Source: a virus (Duplodnaviria > Caudoviricetes). From it: DNA of 39,840 nt. This document shows, piece by piece, positions 36,631-39,840 of the stretch. The first letter of the stretch is position 1; each line of letters opens with the position of its first letter. Location of the stretch: positions 1 through 39,840 of the IMG/VR virus record IMGVR_UViG_3300042997_001509. The stretch is one strand, 5' to 3'. The notes under the pieces are model-generated. The model had not been told where the DNA came from, made no database searches, and saw only the letters and a program-made list of their open reading frames with translations. Both the position numbers and the translations under genes were made by a program.

Positions 36631-37157
36631 ACGATTTTTAGTCTTTCAGCTTCTGAGAATTCTTCAAGCGATTTTGCAGTATCCCAGTCTATTTTTATTA
36701 CTTTACTCTTATCTATGAAAACAAAGCCGATTTGAATAGTTAATCCAGCGTCTAGGAACCAGGCCGTGTACTTAATGATTTCCCATAGAGAATCCTCAAA
36801 TATGGTTATTGAATCAGCGTCATGCTGTCTAATTAACTCAATCGCAACTTCAGCTTTACCGCCTTCTCTTCCTAAAAAGAACGTTTTATCGAACTTGATA
36901 CCGTTTTCAGAAAGAATTTCCATGACTCTTGGTTGACATGCCTTAACTCTATGAGTTATTAAGTAATTCAGGCAATCATCTTTGGTGCGATCTATCGTAT
37001 TTGAGATTCCTCGAATATTAAACTTATCGGATAGAGACTCAGGCGAATCGAACCATTCATAAGGTTCAAGACCCTTAGCTTCACTACTTGTGTAACCTGG
37101 GACCCTAAAGAGTGTTTCGTCAAAGTCAAAAATGTTAATATGTACTTGATTTTGCAT
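36627..37157 (-). CDS. HAD-superfamily phosphatase
   Basis: IFDFDETLF, LITHR, K, IFEDS. Confidence 0.8.
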   Translation of the reverse strand: MQNQVHINIFDFDETLFRVPGYTSSEAKGLEPYEWFDSPESLSDKFNIRGISNTIDRTKDDCLNYLITHRVKACQPRVMEILSENGIKFDKTFFLGREGGKAEVAIELIRQHDADSITIFEDSLWEIIKYTAWFLDAGLTIQIGFVFIDKSKVIKIDWDTAKSLEEFSEAERLKIV

Positions 37158-37170
37158 GCAATATTTTACT

Positions 37171-37180
37171 GATAAATAAC
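37171..37180 (+). promoter_or_regulatory. Late-promoter-like GATAAATAAC
   Basis: 28 nt before ATG 37209; overlaps a divergent bipartite-like motif. Confidence 0.5.
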
Positions 37181-37208
37181 CTAGTAGTTTTATCTAATAT
37201 ACTAAATA

Positions 37209-37679
37209 ATGAACAGATCACTAAGAACGAGCAGAGAATACGACGGAAACCATTACCATCTCATTAGAGACTGCGTACAGGAACAAAAGCCGTTTGTAAT
37301 TTATAATTTTACCAGCTCAGCCCAGTACAATAAGGTTCTAAAGGATCTTGATGGGTATGGCAAACTTCCTTATGTTTTACAAGTAATGAACTCAATTGAG
37401 TCAAGCGGGCATAGACTTAAGCGTTCTTTCCCAAGTATTTTCCTTACTAATAATGGATCAGAAGTAACTAACGAGCAATTTAAAGAAATGGTTAGAGGCT
37501 CAATTAGCCACTATGAACTAGACTCAATTGTTTGTTTATATGATGGAAATGTTGCAGTATTCTATAAAAACGGCGACCACCACCCAATCGGGGAAACTAT
37601 TTACTCAAGTAACATCATCCAAGAGTTCAATAGTGATTTTTATCAAGTTGAAAGCACCTATTATTGCTTCGTCAGCTAA
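37209..37679 (+). CDS. Hypothetical protein
   Basis: 156-aa ORF filling the gap. Confidence 0.7.
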   Translation: MNRSLRTSREYDGNHYHLIRDCVQEQKPFVIYNFTSSAQYNKVLKDLDGYGKLPYVLQVMNSIESSGHRLKRSFPSIFLTNNGSEVTNEQFKEMVRGSISHYELDSIVCLYDGNVAVFYKNGDHHPIGETIYSSNIIQEFNSDFYQVESTYYCFVS

Positions 37680-37710
37680 AACTTCGCAAGAGTTTTTGAT
37701 AAAATATACT
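37679..37710 (+). promoter_or_regulatory. Bipartite motif AAACTT-N14-ATAAAATATACT
   Basis: Immediately upstream of the uvsY-like ATG. Confidence 0.5.
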
Positions 37711-37711
37711 A

Positions 37712-38152
37712 ATGGAATCAACTACATCAAAAAGAACCATAGCTGAAGTTTTTAGAGAAAAACGAGAGTCTTTCTCAGGCGAAATCTATGTAGGTATTAA
37801 ACTACTTGAGAATATTCGTAAGATACCTGAGGCCCAAGTTACATTTTTAAGTTTAAGACAGAGGATGCTAGAAGAGAATCACACACTCATCGAGCACTTT
37901 ACTCAGCTTAAAAAGACTTTCCGTGAAAAGAAGGGTGAGGAATGGGTAGATGCTTCAAAGAATCATCAAATCAGATATGGAGCCAATGAAAAGAACACAA
38001 TAGTTGATGGAAAGACCGCTTCAATAAAGGAAAAGATTGAACAGGTTGAGAATCAAATTGGGTTCTATGCAGATTCCATTAAAACAATCGATGCAGTACT
38101 ATTTGGAATCAAGACTCGTCTTGATGTTCAAAAGCTCCTAGACGGGCATTAA
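37712..38152 (+). CDS. uvsY: UvsY-like recombination mediator
   Basis: 146-aa all-helical protein adjacent to uvsW; C-terminal F...IK.ID...FGIK pattern. Confidence 0.55.
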   Translation: MESTTSKRTIAEVFREKRESFSGEIYVGIKLLENIRKIPEAQVTFLSLRQRMLEENHTLIEHFTQLKKTFREKKGEEWVDASKNHQIRYGANEKNTIVDGKTASIKEKIEQVENQIGFYADSIKTIDAVLFGIKTRLDVQKLLDGH

Positions 38153-38166
38153 AAATATCTAAATGC

Positions 38167-39717
38167 TTGTTAAGTTTCAAACTATCAACCGATAAGCAAT
38201 TTCTTGAATTGGTCAGCCACGATACTAAGGGTGAACTCAAAGATTTCCAGCTCTATTTTAAGAAACGCCAAAAGGGTTACCTTTTCAATCGCCTATACAA
38301 ACGCAAATTATGGGACGGTTACGATCACTTTGTGATTCTTGACAAAGAAACTGGCCTCTATAAAATAGGCGTCGGCTTGTGGAAAGAATTATTTAACTTT
38401 GGTAAGAAGCGTGAATACGAACTCCATATTGAAAACTACGAACAGTTATTCAATCTAAATTTTACCAAAGACCAACTTGAGAAGTTTACTTCAGTAATGC
38501 TAGACGGCTCAAATATCGAGGCTCGAGATTATCAGTTAGAAGCAGTTCACCGAGCTCTTAAATATAAATTCTGTTCTCTTGAACTTGCAACCTCTGCTGG
38601 TAAAACCATTATCTTCTTTTTATACTTGGCTTTTCTAAAAAGAAAAGGAGTGCTAGTTAGTAAAGGTAAAAAAGCCCTAATTGTGGTTCCTAGAGCCGGC
38701 CTTGTTACCCAAACTGCTGAGAAGTTTACTGATGATTATAATACTGGACTGATGCAATTTAATGTGATGACTATTGGAGGTAAAAGTAAATACTCCGATA
38801 AGGCTTTTGCTGATGCAGATATAGTTATTTCAACTTACCAAAGTTTAATAAATCGACCGCCTGAATTCTTTAAGGAATTTAGTATTGTTTGTATTGATGA
38901 GTGCCACACAAGCAGAGGTAATTCAGTTAGAGATATTCTATTACAATCAACTAATGCTGAATATAAACTGGGACTTTCTGGTACAATTAAAATTGAGGAA
39001 GAGTATTCTGACTTTTTTAGAATTCAAGAATTCTTGGGACCATTAAGCATGACTCTATCGGCAAGCCATCTGATTGAGAATAACTACTCGCCTGATGTTT
39101 ACATTAAAATGGTTTACTTGGAGTATCCAACGACTGAACCTTTCGTTAAGAACTACTTAGCCCTTAGAGAAGCTGGGCAATCAGGTAAGGAAATGTACGA
39201 TGCTGAAAAAGCATTTATCGTGTCTTATGATCCTCGAATAGATTTTATATCTTCATTTGTTAAGAAGCTTGATGGTAATACGTTAATCCTATACATTAAC
39301 GTCAAGGACGGATACGGTCAACGTATCTGCGATCGTATCAAGGAATGGAGAGAGCATGTATATTATATTGATGGTGGAGTTGACAGTTCGGATCGTGATG
39401 ATTATCAACGAATCATGGAAGCTGGATCTGGCGTTACACTAGTTGCGTCATACGGAACATTCTCTACTGGTATTGACTTAAAGAACGTAAATCACATTAT
39501 CCTGGCTGAAAGTTATAAGTCTGAAGTAACAATACGGCAGTCAATTGGCCGTGGGATGAGAGGCTTAAAGGGTAAGGTTAAAGTTACGATTTACGATTTA
39601 ATAGATGATCTTAATGGATACATTGTTAAGCACGGTCATGCTCGTGAAAAGATTTACGTTAAACAGAAGTTTATTGTGTCAAAGCACAAATTTGATTTAG
39701 CAAGATTTGCGAAGTGA
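38167..39717 (+). CDS. uvsW: UvsW-like SF2 helicase
   Basis: WDG, RDYQ, ATSAGKT, STYQSL, DECH, GLSGT, ASYGTFSTGI, QSIGRGMR, YDLIDD. Confidence 0.95.
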   Translation: MLSFKLSTDKQFLELVSHDTKGELKDFQLYFKKRQKGYLFNRLYKRKLWDGYDHFVILDKETGLYKIGVGLWKELFNFGKKREYELHIENYEQLFNLNFTKDQLEKFTSVMLDGSNIEARDYQLEAVHRALKYKFCSLELATSAGKTIIFFLYLAFLKRKGVLVSKGKKALIVVPRAGLVTQTAEKFTDDYNTGLMQFNVMTIGGKSKYSDKAFADADIVISTYQSLINRPPEFFKEFSIVCIDECHTSRGNSVRDILLQSTNAEYKLGLSGTIKIEEEYSDFFRIQEFLGPLSMTLSASHLIENNYSPDVYIKMVYLEYPTTEPFVKNYLALREAGQSGKEMYDAEKAFIVSYDPRIDFISSFVKKLDGNTLILYINVKDGYGQRICDRIKEWREHVYYIDGGVDSSDRDDYQRIMEAGSGVTLVASYGTFSTGIDLKNVNHIILAESYKSEVTIRQSIGRGMRGLKGKVKVTIYDLIDDLNGYIVKHGHAREKIYVKQKFIVSKHKFDLARFAK

Positions 39718-39840
39718 TTCGTTAATTACAAATTGCTTGAAAGTTGGAAGTTTTGATTCATTGAAAGATCGGTCACTTACCCATTCATAAAACATCTTTT
39801 CAGCTTCGTCCTTAAACTCTTTGATTCTAACAACCATTTT
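39697..39840 (-). CDS. 3' end of a gene entering from beyond the window
   Basis: Manual translation ...KMVVRIKEFKDEAEKMFYEWVSDRSFNESKLPTFKQFVINESLRKSC*; overlaps the uvsW end convergently. Confidence 0.6.
   Translation of the reverse strand, partial: KMVVRIKEFKDEAEKMFYEWVSDRSFNESKLPTFKQFVINESLRKSC

Noticed and set aside
1309-37746. Short antisense or alternate-frame ORFs in the track (e.g. 1309-1509, 13294-13584, 15912-16262, 23408-23758, 25420-25845, 31587-31856, 37528-37746)
   Set aside because: They lie within or opposite well-supported genes, have no motifs or leaders, and their composition mirrors the real gene's codon bias.
1-39840. Stop-codon recoding as in some large gut phages
   Set aside because: Genes are full length and densely packed under the standard code; TAG ends gp46 and the A1-like gene at their expected C-termini.
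1-39840. tRNA, rRNA or structured ncRNA genes
   Set aside because: Intergenic gaps are short and explained by promoters/terminators; no cloverleaf seen by eye (a tRNAscan/Infernal run would be definitive).

Overview
AT-rich, gene-dense segment of a large T4-like (myovirus, probably jumbo-class) phage genome in the standard genetic code. A + strand block (1014-12976) holds replication, recombination and nucleotide genes: dUTPase, the N-terminal half of a split family-B polymerase, degenerate Nudix, UvsX, gp41 helicase, gp47, a degenerate SET protein, gp46, a gp42-like thymidylate-synthase homologue and dCMP deaminase. This block separates the tail sheath gene (<1-836, - strand) from a long - strand late region (13005-32443). 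The late region encodes tail tube, major capsid, a protease-scaffold fusion, DnaJ, baseplate proteins and many small putative internal head proteins. The right end holds a T5 A1-like nuclease, a HAD/kinase/ligase-nucleotidyltransferase trio, UvsY and UvsW. Three recurrent non-coding motifs are readable by eye: a late-promoter-like ATAAATAA(C/T), a bipartite AAACTT-N14-RTAWW motif before non-structural genes, and a CAAAATAATAC leader 6-9 nt before start codons. The starts inspected lack Shine-Dalgarno sequences, which hints at a Bacteroidota host (inference). No tRNA, rRNA, CRISPR array or mobile element was seen. All product calls come from motif recognition, not database searches.
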